From positions 1 to 29,613 of IMG/VR virus record IMGVR_UViG_3300008266_000327: a stretch of 29,613 nt of DNA; one strand, 5' to 3'. This DNA is from a virus. Taxonomy: Duplodnaviria; Caudoviricetes. The position numbers and the translations under genes are program-made. Below the pieces are notes generated by a model. It made no database searches, had not been told where the DNA came from, and saw nothing but the letters and a program-made list of their open reading frames with translations. Each line of letters starts with the position of its first letter. Within the stretch, counting starts at the first letter, position 1. Shown here piece by piece: positions 1 to 9,304 of the stretch.

Positions 1-39
1 TTCTTTACCGGCTTTGGTCTTTAGTTGCTTGGCGAATGC

Positions 40-759
40 CTAACGCCCAACGTGTGCCATCTGATCGACGCCGGAATACTCAAGGCCGCCCATTACTAAA
101 CCTGCGCTCATAGAATACTTCCTGGCTAACTCGCGGGGGATGCCCTTATCAACCATCCCGGCATACACGCCACCAATGTTTAGCTGGACACCAGCAGCCA
201 ATGCACCGACACCGTACAGTGTCTTGGCCCCAGATTGAGCGCCGATAATAGCGCCTGCGGGATTTCGTGTGATTGCCGCGCCCAGTAATCCTCCACCCAC
301 AGCACCGACAGCAGCGCCAATCCCGCCACCCTTGACTGTGTGCATCATGGACGGGGCGATGTTCATGGCATCACCCGTGAACTGAAAGAAGTTCCGTGGC
401 CCCAGCTTTGCCTCCAGTAGGTTCACGTTCTTCTGAATGGCTTCGAGGTGAGGCGTCTGCAAGTCGCTTAAAGCCGCCCGTTCCTCGTCCTGGTTAAGAT
501 TGTCCTGGCTCCATAATTCGAAGCCCTTCACGCCCCGCACAACCGAGGCATCGCCCATCTCATACTTGTCCCGCATATATTCAATCGGGGCAGTCCAGGG
601 ACTATCGTATCCGGTGCGTTGCTTGTAAGTGGTGTTGTACGTGCCGTCTGCAATTTGCGTTATGGTGTCTGGATTGTCGTAGTCAGGCATAGCTGCCAGC
701 TTTAACTCTGGAGACTCCAGCCCTTCACCGTTGGCTACCTGAGTAATGTCTCTTTCCAT
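40..759 (-). CDS. Putative large internal virion (ejection) protein, N-terminal part; may continue past the TAG at 40-42
   Basis: Follows two internal-virion-like genes and has a Gly/Ala-rich segment (GGGIGAAVGAVGGGLLGAA). The frame stays open and protein-like after the TAG (AFAKQLKTKAGKE) to the window edge. Confidence 0.55.
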   Translation of the reverse strand: MERDITQVANGEGLESPELKLAAMPDYDNPDTITQIADGTYNTTYKQRTGYDSPWTAPIEYMRDKYEMGDASVVRGVKGFELWSQDNLNQDEERAALSDLQTPHLEAIQKNVNLLEAKLGPRNFFQFTGDAMNIAPSMMHTVKGGGIGAAVGAVGGGLLGAAITRNPAGAIIGAQSGAKTLYGVGALAAGVQLNIGGVYAGMVDKGIPRELARKYSMSAGLVMGGLEYSGVDQMAHVGR

Positions 760-767
760 CGCAGTAC

Positions 768-2378
768 CTACTTTTTATTCAACTCGGCTTTGTGTGCCGC
801 AGCGTTCATAAGATTTTGTAGCTGTTGTCCGGTTGGTCGCGTACCGTTATGCGCCTTGGTGTACTGTTCGAACATGGAGTAGAAGTTATTAATGGCCTCT
901 ACGCCCAATCGTCTATTTTCTTTAACGTCATTCGTTCGAGTAGTAGACCATTTACGGATATTGCTTACGTTTAAAAGCACCTGTCTAGCGTGGGTTGCTG
1001 CTTCAGGATCTTTCTTATTCAATCTCTGCAATGCGCTCATAGCGATGCTTCGTTTTGCAGCCGCTTCGGCAGGAGATAAGTATTCTTTTGTTTCGGCAAT
1101 AACCAGTTTGGATAAGTATTCTGACACTTGCTCAGCACTGTACTTATCGCTGACTACGCTATATCGCTTACCTTTTTTACTCTTCGGCAAGAAGATGGCT
1201 TTTTCTGCGGTTTTCAATTCGGTCAAAACCTGTGTTAAGTCTGCATCTCGTTGTGATTTTTCAAGTGCTTTAGCTTGCTCTCTTTTTTGGCGCTTCTCTT
1301 CTGTCATCATCTTGTTGACTTCAGATTCCGCTTTACTCACGTTCCGATTGAGTTGTTGCGCTTCGATAGAATCGATAGCCCTATAAGTACTGGGATTAGC
1401 CTTGAGTTGTGCAGCTTGTTCCCTTGCTGCTTGGAAATCGGCAGGAGTTGTTTCACCTCGAATAGCTCCCATCTGTAGACTGTGGGTAGTATCGGCCATT
1501 GTCACCGCAGTAGTGTACTGTTGTTCTTCGCGCTGATCCCTGGCCCGCGCTAGTGCATGGCTCTCGACATCATTGTAAAGTTTATTGCGGCTTGCACCAT
1601 CAATGAAGTCGTCAAACACGCCCTGTTTAATTACTTGGGTCAACTGATCTGGGTTTTCATACGACAGCCGAGACAGGTAATTCGCGGCCATCTTCTCAGT
1701 TTGCTTTCGGATGTCTGCTTCATTCACGCCGATAGCGCTGAACGCCGTAGAGGTTTTAGCGAAATTCTGCATCCACTCTACTGCTTGCGGAACAGAGAGC
1801 ATACTGTTCGTACCCTCAGCGTTCTTCGCGATGTTGATAGCTGTCCAGTCAGCCATAGACTCGAACTTGGCGAGTCCGGCTTTAACTTTCTGTTCGCCAG
1901 CCCAGGTATTCTGCATACCGCCCAGTTGTTCCCGGAAGCGATTTAAGCTCCCAGTAAAGGCTTTGGTTTTTACTACATCGTTTGCGTTAAGGTTGTCGCG
2001 GTACTCCGAGATAAACTCCGGGCCAATTTGCGCCATAGCTTGAACAGCAGCATCCGGGTTGTCTAAATTCTGCTCTTTGATTGCCGCCATCTTCAAGTCG
2101 AGTTGTCTATCGATGTCATACTGCGCTTTTGCAGCGTCCATGTCATCGATCATCGCTTGTTGCTGGCGGGCCAAAGCTCTGTCTTCAGCCTGCTTCGCTC
2201 GAAGCGCCCGTTGATTCTCCTGGTACTCAACTACCGCGATAGACCGGATGTTAGTTTCCAGCGTATTCAACCCGGACTGAACAGCCGTAGCAACGTCTCC
2301 AGCAGAGGCGTCTACGCCCGGTGTGCCTACTAAGGAAGAGGCGAGCTGGTTCTGGGTGTATTGTGGAATTTTAGGCAT
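768..2378 (-). CDS. Putative internal virion/ejection protein (536 aa, helical)
   Basis: MPKIPQY N-terminus typical of podophage internal virion proteins; Ala/Gln/Glu-rich helical composition; position after the tail genes. Confidence 0.6.
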   Translation of the reverse strand: MPKIPQYTQNQLASSLVGTPGVDASAGDVATAVQSGLNTLETNIRSIAVVEYQENQRALRAKQAEDRALARQQQAMIDDMDAAKAQYDIDRQLDLKMAAIKEQNLDNPDAAVQAMAQIGPEFISEYRDNLNANDVVKTKAFTGSLNRFREQLGGMQNTWAGEQKVKAGLAKFESMADWTAINIAKNAEGTNSMLSVPQAVEWMQNFAKTSTAFSAIGVNEADIRKQTEKMAANYLSRLSYENPDQLTQVIKQGVFDDFIDGASRNKLYNDVESHALARARDQREEQQYTTAVTMADTTHSLQMGAIRGETTPADFQAAREQAAQLKANPSTYRAIDSIEAQQLNRNVSKAESEVNKMMTEEKRQKREQAKALEKSQRDADLTQVLTELKTAEKAIFLPKSKKGKRYSVVSDKYSAEQVSEYLSKLVIAETKEYLSPAEAAAKRSIAMSALQRLNKKDPEAATHARQVLLNVSNIRKWSTTRTNDVKENRRLGVEAINNFYSMFEQYTKAHNGTRPTGQQLQNLMNAAAHKAELNKK

Positions 2379-2877
2379 ATCCTGAACTCCCTGGTAACTG
2401 GAGAGGGCTTACCGCAACCGACGCCGCAGTGCCGTTTCCGTACAATCCAATCTTTTTACCTAACGCATAGTTGCTCATAACGCTGGTTGCGCTTCCAGCG
2501 AGGCTACCCAAAAGGGCAGAACGTCCTGATGCTCTGGTCTGCCAAGCTCTATTTTCTAGCAGCGACTTCTGCATTGCGCCCTGTCTCTCAAGCGCAGTAA
2601 CCTCTTCAGCACCTTTACGTCGAGTCGCTGCAATCACCAACGCAGGGGAGCCAGCGAGGGTGACGCCGGATTTGGCGTACCTCATGGTCTGCTCCTGCGC
2701 GAAGGCTTCAACCTCCTGCGCTTTCTGCAATGCGGATTTCTGCGCTTCCTGCGCGGCAATCCCTGCCTGCTGTTCCTGGAACATCGCCTCTTGATTGGCG
2801 GCTCGCATCTTTTGCATACCGCCAACAGCACCGGCAACAGCGGATACAGCAGATACGATAGCTAGTGTCGGCCCCAT
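2371..2877 (-). CDS. Small internal virion protein (T7 gp14-like position)
   Basis: Hydrophobic Ala/Gly N-terminus, Gln/Ala-rich coil and YAKSGVTLAGSP motif. Start reassigned to the ATG at 2877 (GAGGA RBS; TGATG overlap with the upstream stop). Confidence 0.65.
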   Translation of the reverse strand: MGPTLAIVSAVSAVAGAVGGMQKMRAANQEAMFQEQQAGIAAQEAQKSALQKAQEVEAFAQEQTMRYAKSGVTLAGSPALVIAATRRKGAEEVTALERQGAMQKSLLENRAWQTRASGRSALLGSLAGSATSVMSNYALGKKIGLYGNGTAASVAVSPLQLPGSSGYA

Positions 2878-3323
2878 CAGATGATCCTCGCCCATTGCTT
2901 AAAGTCAGTCTTGTCGAACCCGTACTGGCGCAGAACACCTTCTTCGGTGAATCCCAGGAAGGACATCCACTTGTCGTGCAGCTCATCGTTGATGGCCGCT
3001 GACTGCAAGCGATGGATAGGGTGTTCCTTCTCAAGAACCTTGACATACTGCTTTACCGTTCGTAAGTAAACTGTAGCATATCGCTGCACCCAGATGGAAG
3101 GAAACGCCCATACCTCGTACACTCCGGGCCACATCTCCAGATACCCGATGACCCCGAGAATGCGGCCATCATAGATGATGGTTCCGCCCAAACCGTAAGT
3201 AGCAAGCGCCGCCATCTTACTGGCAGCGCTAGGGTCAAACTCTAATTGCTTTTTCTCGTAGTCCCTCATCTGCATACACTCTAAGTGATCCATTTTGAAG
3301 GGAATGACGGTCGCGCTATTCAT
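2877..3323 (-). CDS. GNAT-fold acetyltransferase-like virion-associated protein (T7 gp13-like position)
   Basis: KWMSFLGFTEEGVLRQYG C-terminal GNAT-type motif; sits directly after tail tubular B. Start at ATG 3323 with a GGAG RBS. Confidence 0.65.
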   Translation of the reverse strand: MNSATVIPFKMDHLECMQMRDYEKKQLEFDPSAASKMAALATYGLGGTIIYDGRILGVIGYLEMWPGVYEVWAFPSIWVQRYATVYLRTVKQYVKVLEKEHPIHRLQSAAINDELHDKWMSFLGFTEEGVLRQYGFDKTDFKQWARII

Positions 3324-5661
3324 CCGTAGTCTCCATAAAGATGTCAAGCCCCTGGATAACGCAAGGCGTAGGGGAGCTTTGAACGATTACAAGGTATTTG
3401 TTTTCGTCCCACGCATCCTGATAGAACTGTTCTTTGACGCCAGTGAATAGCGGAACTGGCCTGCCAGTTGTATCTCCGGTGTCGAAGATGAACTCGCTCA
3501 GGTTGTAGAGATCGGTTCCGAAAGCCGCACCGCCCGAATTGAGGAAGCGAATCGCAGTTTTCGCTACGTTCTTCGGTTTTGATTGGGCTGGGCCACTCAC
3601 CCCGCCCTGGTCTAGCGGTAAGCTCTTTAAGATACCAGTATATCGTAATCCGACATGGATGACACTACCAGGATCGTCCAGACTGATGGTGCCATTAGTT
3701 ACAGTTTCCGTACCCGCATCAGCCCCGTCTTTAACGACTCCTACTTCCATACCTTCTAAGTAGTCAAGCCCAGATACAGAAGTAGCTGTTAGGAACCACG
3801 AACCTGCGGCGTAGACTTCGCCTTCAGGAAATGCTTCGACAATAGTGGCGGTTACATGGGTTGAATCGGTAAACCCTGTGATTGTGGCCCTGCCGCCTCC
3901 ATAACCCTCGTCATCGAATTTACCCCATAATTCTCTTCCAACCATACTTGCGTCAAATACGGCGGCGCTGGCGGTGAACACAACCCCTGTTGCGTCGAGT
4001 TCATCCGCGCCCAATCCAACAGTCAAGCTGGCATCTGCATCCAGGCCATAAACTGACCCATCGTAAACCGAGGCAGCATCCAGGTGAATGGCTTGTTTCT
4101 GGGCTTCATAGAGGGTGTTAAGGTATCGTACATTGTCTGCACGTTTGTTAGCTGTGCCGGTAAAGAAATCCACCGGATCAGGGAAGTCCGGTGGGTCTGC
4201 GAAGTACTCGACGTAGCGAACCGTTTGACCGTCGATAGTACGCTTAACGATCATCCATAGCTGCTCATAGTTGGTTGGCCGGGGCATAACACCTAGCCAC
4301 TCAACGTCACCCTGCGCGATGCCATGTCTATGCCAACCAGAGATATCTTCTTTGTCTTTATAAGTCAATCCAAGCAGCTTGCCGCGATTCGTTACAGACC
4401 AGATAATCTCTGGACTGCCAAGTTGGTTTACGATTTGCTTCATTCCACCCCTGGCAATATGATCCGCTACGAGGTTTCGGTCGGTAGGTACATACCCATC
4501 AACCTGATAGTCATACTCTAAAGACCTAAGCTTCCTGCCGCCTCGCTCCACATAAAACGTTGTGGTGCCGTTTACAACTGGAAGCGAGGGAAACGCACCG
4601 TAGATACTTACCGACTTCGCGGTAACGCTTGACGCAGTAATAGGCTCCGCTTCTGATGCACCGTAGATGCGGCGCACAGTGCCGAATGTGCCTGCGACAA
4701 TGAACTTGTCTGTATTATTAAGCCATTGAATTGAGTCCACCTTGCCGCGAATCGGGGCGAGAGTGAAGATGACAGCATCCGAAGCGTTAGTGCCAGTGGT
4801 GAAATCATCATACCTGAGCGCTCCTGCTCCTGTTGGGCCTCTCGAACCGTAGATGGTTTCCGGGTTATCAACAGTGCCGCCCATCAACAGACGTGCATCA
4901 TCGGAGAACGCCGCTGCTCTGGGCCATTTTCCAGCACCCGTAAACGGGTCTGCGGTACGCACGTAAGTCGCCAGCGTCCAGTTCGTCTCAGTAGTACGAG
5001 TTAGTTTGCGTGGCGCATAGAGCTGGTGAACAATATACATGGTATCAGCGTTTTGCGTATACTGTAATGTCTCAAGATCCGCTTCTGCGTAAGGAGTGAC
5101 GACCTCATATATCTTCTCAGCCGTTCCTCCAGAGACATACACGCCTGCGCCAATAGTACTGATGGCGTTACCCAGGTCATCAGTTAGAGTAAAAGTGTTT
5201 GCAGTGACGTTCGCTACCAGGAAGCGTTTACCGTTCAACCCAGATACACCAACAATCCCGGACAGGATAACCTCGTTGCCGTTACTGTAGCCGTGTGCGG
5301 CAGAAGTGATGACGCCTGGGTTTGCGTTGGTAACACCGGTAATATTTTTTGCGGTTTCCAAAATGATGCCGCCTGCGTCATCAACCGTCTTATAGAAGCG
5401 GAAAAAGCCATCGGTCGCTTCGATAAGGTAGGATTGGATATCGTTGAACTGGAACGGAATGAAGACTGCTTTACGGTTGCGCCGAGTACTGCCAACAAAA
5501 ATAGTGCCGTTCCTGAATCTGGCTGGCCCTTGGGGTTCTGAAATAAAGTCCTGGAGTCGTTCAGCCGACTTTGCGTATACCGGAAGTTCAGACCGGCCTT
5601 TCATCTTGGGGGTTAGTTCACCCCCAGAAAAGTTGACTGCGGCTTTATTCGAGTACGTCAT
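3316..5661 (-). CDS. Tail tubular protein B / tail nozzle (781 aa)
   Basis: NFSGGELTP N-terminus, ISGWHRH, GLDYLEG and HVGLRY motifs typical of P22 gp10/T7 gp12-like nozzles; inserted ITGVTNANPGVITSAAHGY domain; synteny. Confidence 0.85.
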   Translation of the reverse strand: MTYSNKAAVNFSGGELTPKMKGRSELPVYAKSAERLQDFISEPQGPARFRNGTIFVGSTRRNRKAVFIPFQFNDIQSYLIEATDGFFRFYKTVDDAGGIILETAKNITGVTNANPGVITSAAHGYSNGNEVILSGIVGVSGLNGKRFLVANVTANTFTLTDDLGNAISTIGAGVYVSGGTAEKIYEVVTPYAEADLETLQYTQNADTMYIVHQLYAPRKLTRTTETNWTLATYVRTADPFTGAGKWPRAAAFSDDARLLMGGTVDNPETIYGSRGPTGAGALRYDDFTTGTNASDAVIFTLAPIRGKVDSIQWLNNTDKFIVAGTFGTVRRIYGASEAEPITASSVTAKSVSIYGAFPSLPVVNGTTTFYVERGGRKLRSLEYDYQVDGYVPTDRNLVADHIARGGMKQIVNQLGSPEIIWSVTNRGKLLGLTYKDKEDISGWHRHGIAQGDVEWLGVMPRPTNYEQLWMIVKRTIDGQTVRYVEYFADPPDFPDPVDFFTGTANKRADNVRYLNTLYEAQKQAIHLDAASVYDGSVYGLDADASLTVGLGADELDATGVVFTASAAVFDASMVGRELWGKFDDEGYGGGRATITGFTDSTHVTATIVEAFPEGEVYAAGSWFLTATSVSGLDYLEGMEVGVVKDGADAGTETVTNGTISLDDPGSVIHVGLRYTGILKSLPLDQGGVSGPAQSKPKNVAKTAIRFLNSGGAAFGTDLYNLSEFIFDTGDTTGRPVPLFTGVKEQFYQDAWDENKYLVIVQSSPTPCVIQGLDIFMETTDE

Positions 5662-6293
5662 TCAAACTCATAATACCGGGAAGCGGCTTGGCCGTACCCG
5701 ATACCCCTTCTAGCTCGGTGGTATTTGGATTCCTGAACGCGACGAGGCGGACGCTCTTGCCCGTCAACAGAAGTCGCTTTTGCTTCCTCAACTTTCAGCA
5801 TTCCGTTGAGCAAGTCAACCATACCCTTCTTCAAGGTGAACTTATAGGACACCTTTAGCGCCAAGCGTAGAGCGAAGATGTTGACAAACAAGGGATCAAA
5901 GCTAGCAACGTTGGTTACGTCTTTGGTGTACCAGATTGGCAGGCCATTGTCTCCGCCATTTGTAACCATGATTGTGCCTTCTGTGATTTCATAGTCAAGG
6001 TAAGTAGGTAGGTCGCGCCGCTCACCGATACCCAGAAGACGAATAAAATCGTTGGGTTTAGAGTAGGCGTCAACGAAGTACGCTGATCCGGCTCCAGTGC
6101 GAGGGATTACTTGGTACTTCGTGGCGAAGTTCCACACGTATTCTCTCAGACAGATCTGGCGAGTGTGGTCATACCAACGCGCCATAATCTCCTCTGTCTG
6201 GCTTTCAGGCACTTCGATAGAGGAGATGGGTTGCTGGCCCAGGTAGTCAAGGGCCAAGTTGCAGATATCAACCGCAGCAGACGGCGCAGACAT
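5658..6293 (-). CDS. Tail tubular protein A / head-tail adaptor
   Basis: VDICNLALDYLG N-terminus, WNFA, and FDPLFVNIFALRLA motifs; position before the nozzle gene. Confidence 0.85.
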   Translation of the reverse strand: MSAPSAAVDICNLALDYLGQQPISSIEVPESQTEEIMARWYDHTRQICLREYVWNFATKYQVIPRTGAGSAYFVDAYSKPNDFIRLLGIGERRDLPTYLDYEITEGTIMVTNGGDNGLPIWYTKDVTNVASFDPLFVNIFALRLALKVSYKFTLKKGMVDLLNGMLKVEEAKATSVDGQERPPRRVQESKYHRARRGIGYGQAASRYYEFE

Positions 6294-6317
6294 GGGATCA
6301 CCTTTCTCTCAGAACTA

Positions 6318-6345
6318 GGGGGAGACGCCCGGAAGCATCTCCCCC
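6318..6345 (-). terminator. GC-rich hairpin after the capsid/decoration genes, probable leaky terminator
   Basis: Minus-strand RNA GGGGGAGAUGC-UUCCGG-GCGUCUCCCCC forms an 11-bp stem (one U-G pair), followed by a weak U tract (UAGUUCU). Confidence 0.55.
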
Positions 6346-6363
6346 CATGGCCCTGAAGTACGC

Positions 6364-6879
6364 TTATGGGTTGTAGAACTCCAGCTCAGCCAGGACATCG
6401 CCAGCAGCCGTACCAACAGTGTTGGCGGTGAGGCAGATATCGAAGGAGGCAGGTTTGTTCTGCGCGGTGTACCCCAGCCCGGAGGTGATCAACACGGCCA
6501 ATTCCCACAGGGTAAGTTCAAAGTTGGCGATATCAACTGTCACAAGCCCGTCCAGCCAAGTGGTACGGAGGTGAGCAGAAGACAAATCCAGCCCATCAGC
6601 CAGCAAATCTTTGTCCACTACAACGCCGTAATTCGGCAGATACAGTCCGATGTCATAATCGGTGCCACCAGTAATGGCGTCGTTCATAACTTTCAGACTT
6701 TTGAGAATGGCGGTCGAAGGAATATCCTTAAACAGCCGATACACAGAAGCGTTGTCATCAGCCGCAGCAACCTGGAAACCCTGATGAGCGGTAATGATTT
6801 TGGTGCCTTGCGCCCGAGCAGCGGTTGTCAGCTTGCCCGAAACGATCTTGGCGTCTACATATTCGTTAATTACAGCCAC
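6364..6879 (-). CDS. Putative capsid decoration/cement protein
   Basis: 171 aa beta-rich protein immediately after the major capsid gene; strong AGGAG RBS and GTG start. Confidence 0.6.
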   Translation of the reverse strand: MAVINEYVDAKIVSGKLTTAARAQGTKIITAHQGFQVAAADDNASVYRLFKDIPSTAILKSLKVMNDAITGGTDYDIGLYLPNYGVVVDKDLLADGLDLSSAHLRTTWLDGLVTVDIANFELTLWELAVLITSGLGYTAQNKPASFDICLTANTVGTAAGDVLAELEFYNP

Positions 6880-6915
6880 GGTCGTGACTCCTATACTTGA
6901 GTTCTGCTACAACAA

Positions 6916-7809
6916 CTAGGCGGCGGTGGTCGTCACCTTCTGGATCAGCTTGCCTTCAGTACGGACAGCGCCCAGTACGCCAGTGATCTGGATCTGAGTG
7001 GTGTCGTACTTGTCGGTACGCTCCTGGATTTTGATATCCCAGGTGCGGGCAACGCCTACGCAGATAGCGCCTTCGGCCATTACGAAGCCTTGACGAACGC
7101 CAGCCAACACAGGGATGATGGGTACGTTGGCATCGCCAGCGAACTTCACCATGTTGATGCCTACGGCTTTCTGGATGGTGCCGGAGTCCACAACGTACTG
7201 ACGGCTGTAATCGCCGGAGGTCAGCTCCAACTCAGACATCAAATCGGTGTGTTCGCCACCAGTGATACCCATCACCAGCTTGGTGGGCATATCATTGCCT
7301 ACTTCGTTGTCGATGAAGTTCTCGTGGATTTCCAGCAGCTTCTCATAGGTCAAGCCTGCGGTAGCATCCACAGTCAAGACGCCATCGTTGGCGGCAGTAA
7401 TGGTGTTCTCGAAGTCGCGACCAGTTTTAACGTCTGCGAACATAGCTTCAGTAACAACCCGGTCGAACCGGCGTTCCATAGCTCTGACGCAAGCATCGGC
7501 GTAATCGCTGTTGGGGTCTTTGAGTTTCGACTCAACATCGTTCCGGTCAACAGGCAGAGTGACGACAAAGCGCCGCTTGCGGATCTGACGCCGGAAGTGT
7601 TCGATATCGTCGAACTCGACATCCTGGAAGCGACCGTTGATTTCACGGGCTTCTACGGTTCCCAGACCATCGTAAGCGAAGAACTCGCCTTCCATCTTAC
7701 GGATCATCACGTAGGGGCGCAACCGAGCAGTAATTTGCTGGGCGCGAACGTGCATGTTGTCGGAGAATTGGGTGATCAAATGCTGATCAATAGTATCCAT
7801 TACAGCCAC
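6916..7809 (-). CDS. Major capsid protein
   Basis: 297 aa; QFSDNMHVRAQQITARLR N-terminus, AMERRFD, and GAVRTEGKLIQKV C-terminus typical of HK97-fold capsids in this podophage group; follows the scaffold gene. Confidence 0.88.
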   Translation of the reverse strand: MAVMDTIDQHLITQFSDNMHVRAQQITARLRPYVMIRKMEGEFFAYDGLGTVEAREINGRFQDVEFDDIEHFRRQIRKRRFVVTLPVDRNDVESKLKDPNSDYADACVRAMERRFDRVVTEAMFADVKTGRDFENTITAANDGVLTVDATAGLTYEKLLEIHENFIDNEVGNDMPTKLVMGITGGEHTDLMSELELTSGDYSRQYVVDSGTIQKAVGINMVKFAGDANVPIIPVLAGVRQGFVMAEGAICVGVARTWDIKIQERTDKYDTTQIQITGVLGAVRTEGKLIQKVTTTAA

Positions 7810-7964
7810 GGCAAGTGACTCCTATATTCAAACGCTTACACTTTCCGAACGCTACCCTAAACGGACGCCCTAACCCTTATCGCTGGGCTGCTCGGAGGGG
7901 TATCACCCTCATAGACAGACACCGATTTAGCTGGGTGCTACCTGTCTTTCAGCAGTTATCGACG

Positions 7965-7993
7965 ATTATAAGGCTGAGCGTCCGTTAGTGCAA
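7965..7993 (-). promoter_or_regulatory. Sigma70-type promoter for the capsid gene
   Basis: TTGCAC (7993-7988), 17-bp spacer, TATAAT (7970-7965) on the minus strand, in the scaffold-capsid intergenic region. Confidence 0.75.
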
Positions 7994-7995
7994 GG

Positions 7996-9009
7996 TTATT
8001 TTTTGGTGCGGAGCTGGTCGTAGAGAGCGTCTACCTGTTGCTTGATCGACTCATGCTCCGGGTGCATTGTGTTTCGGTAGGCGGGGTGTGTCATTAGCTT
8101 GCGACCTTCCGCACTTATCTCTTCCTTAGACATAGGAGCCGCACTGTGGCCGCTGTTCGCTAGCGTGTCCTCTTTGACAAACTTGCTACGCACCCCTTTC
8201 ATCGCACTGGCTAGTACAATAAGCGCTTCGTTACTGAGAGACGAGATATACTTCTTTGCGTTAGCTGAAACAACCGTGTTTAAGAACGCTTTCTGACTGG
8301 CAAGCTCTTTATCTACGTCTGCGCCAAACTCTTCAGCACTCAGCTTGTCGAAATCCAAGTCCATCTGTTTTCTTGCTTCTGCGCCAGCTTTGAACTCCGC
8401 GCCGAACTTATCGATAAACAGTTTGTCGTAATCCTGCGCGAAGCCCTCAAACAGTTTCTTAGGTAGCTTATGTTTGTGCGCTAGCGCAGTGACAGTTTTT
8501 AAGAACTCTTCGTCCCTGAAACCGTTGACGAACTCTGCGATTTCTTTGCCTTCGTCACCAAGGTCTAGGGGCTTAATCTCGTAATCCTCGGCTTTCTCAG
8601 GGCGTAACCCCTCGTAAAACTTGTCCCAGTCTTCATCTGAGGACTCCGGTGTAGGCACTCCCGTTGGGCGCTCACCCAGCTTTTTCTGCAACCCATCAAA
8701 CTGTTTAAACAGTTCAGCACCGGGATCGCTGTTTTTCAGGATGTTCTGGATATATGGCTTATCCCGTAAGTCTTGTGGGACTACGTTACCCCAGTCAATA
8801 CTACCGCTAGCGTTAGTATCGCCAGTATTAGAAGGGGGAGTAAACTCGGCACTAACAGACTTGGGTGCAGTATCATCGGGTGGCGTGACACTAACCGTAG
8901 TATTCGTAGAGCTGCCCGCAGCTCCGCCATCTCCTTCGCCGTTCCATGCGAAGAAGTTCCGTACAGAAAATCGTGTTCTTCTGCGTTTAGCTGTGATTTC
9001 ATAAAACAT
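7996..9009 (-). CDS. Capsid scaffolding/assembly protein
   Basis: Acidic and helical; WDKFYEGLRPEKAEDY motif and C-terminal HPAYRNTMHPEH...VDALY motif; lies between portal and capsid. Confidence 0.8.
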   Translation of the reverse strand: MFYEITAKRRRTRFSVRNFFAWNGEGDGGAAGSSTNTTVSVTPPDDTAPKSVSAEFTPPSNTGDTNASGSIDWGNVVPQDLRDKPYIQNILKNSDPGAELFKQFDGLQKKLGERPTGVPTPESSDEDWDKFYEGLRPEKAEDYEIKPLDLGDEGKEIAEFVNGFRDEEFLKTVTALAHKHKLPKKLFEGFAQDYDKLFIDKFGAEFKAGAEARKQMDLDFDKLSAEEFGADVDKELASQKAFLNTVVSANAKKYISSLSNEALIVLASAMKGVRSKFVKEDTLANSGHSAAPMSKEEISAEGRKLMTHPAYRNTMHPEHESIKQQVDALYDQLRTKK

Positions 9010-9017
9010 GATAACTC

Positions 9018-9299
9018 CTATAGATCCATCTCAATACGATTACGCTGACCTTTGGGGATTAACTTCCTGAACTCCAGCCATAAGTTCCGGCGAGCTTCGT
9101 TGTAATTCGTTGCCCAGGTGTTGATCTCCCCTGTGTTGGGGTTGGCTGTGATGCTGGGATCTTTAAAACCGCACATCATCATCAGATGGCGTAGCACCAC
9201 TACACCATCGTCTGACTTACTTACCGCTTTAACCGCCCGCAGAAACTCGGTTTGGGCTTCTTCAATCGCTCTATTACTGTCCTTGGTTCGCTGATCCAT
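9018..9299 (-). CDS. Small conserved head-region protein (Bbp19-like)
   Basis: DGVVVLRHLMMMCGF...YNEARRNLWLEF pattern; portal-adjacent position. Confidence 0.65.
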   Translation of the reverse strand: MDQRTKDSNRAIEEAQTEFLRAVKAVSKSDDGVVVLRHLMMMCGFKDPSITANPNTGEINTWATNYNEARRNLWLEFRKLIPKGQRNRIEMDL

Positions 9300-9304
9300 C
9301 TAAT

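Noticed and set aside
6781-6800. CTGATGAGCG as a hammerhead core (also CTGATGA at 20413)
   Set aside because: No stem II-GAAA or flanking helices; chance matches within genes.
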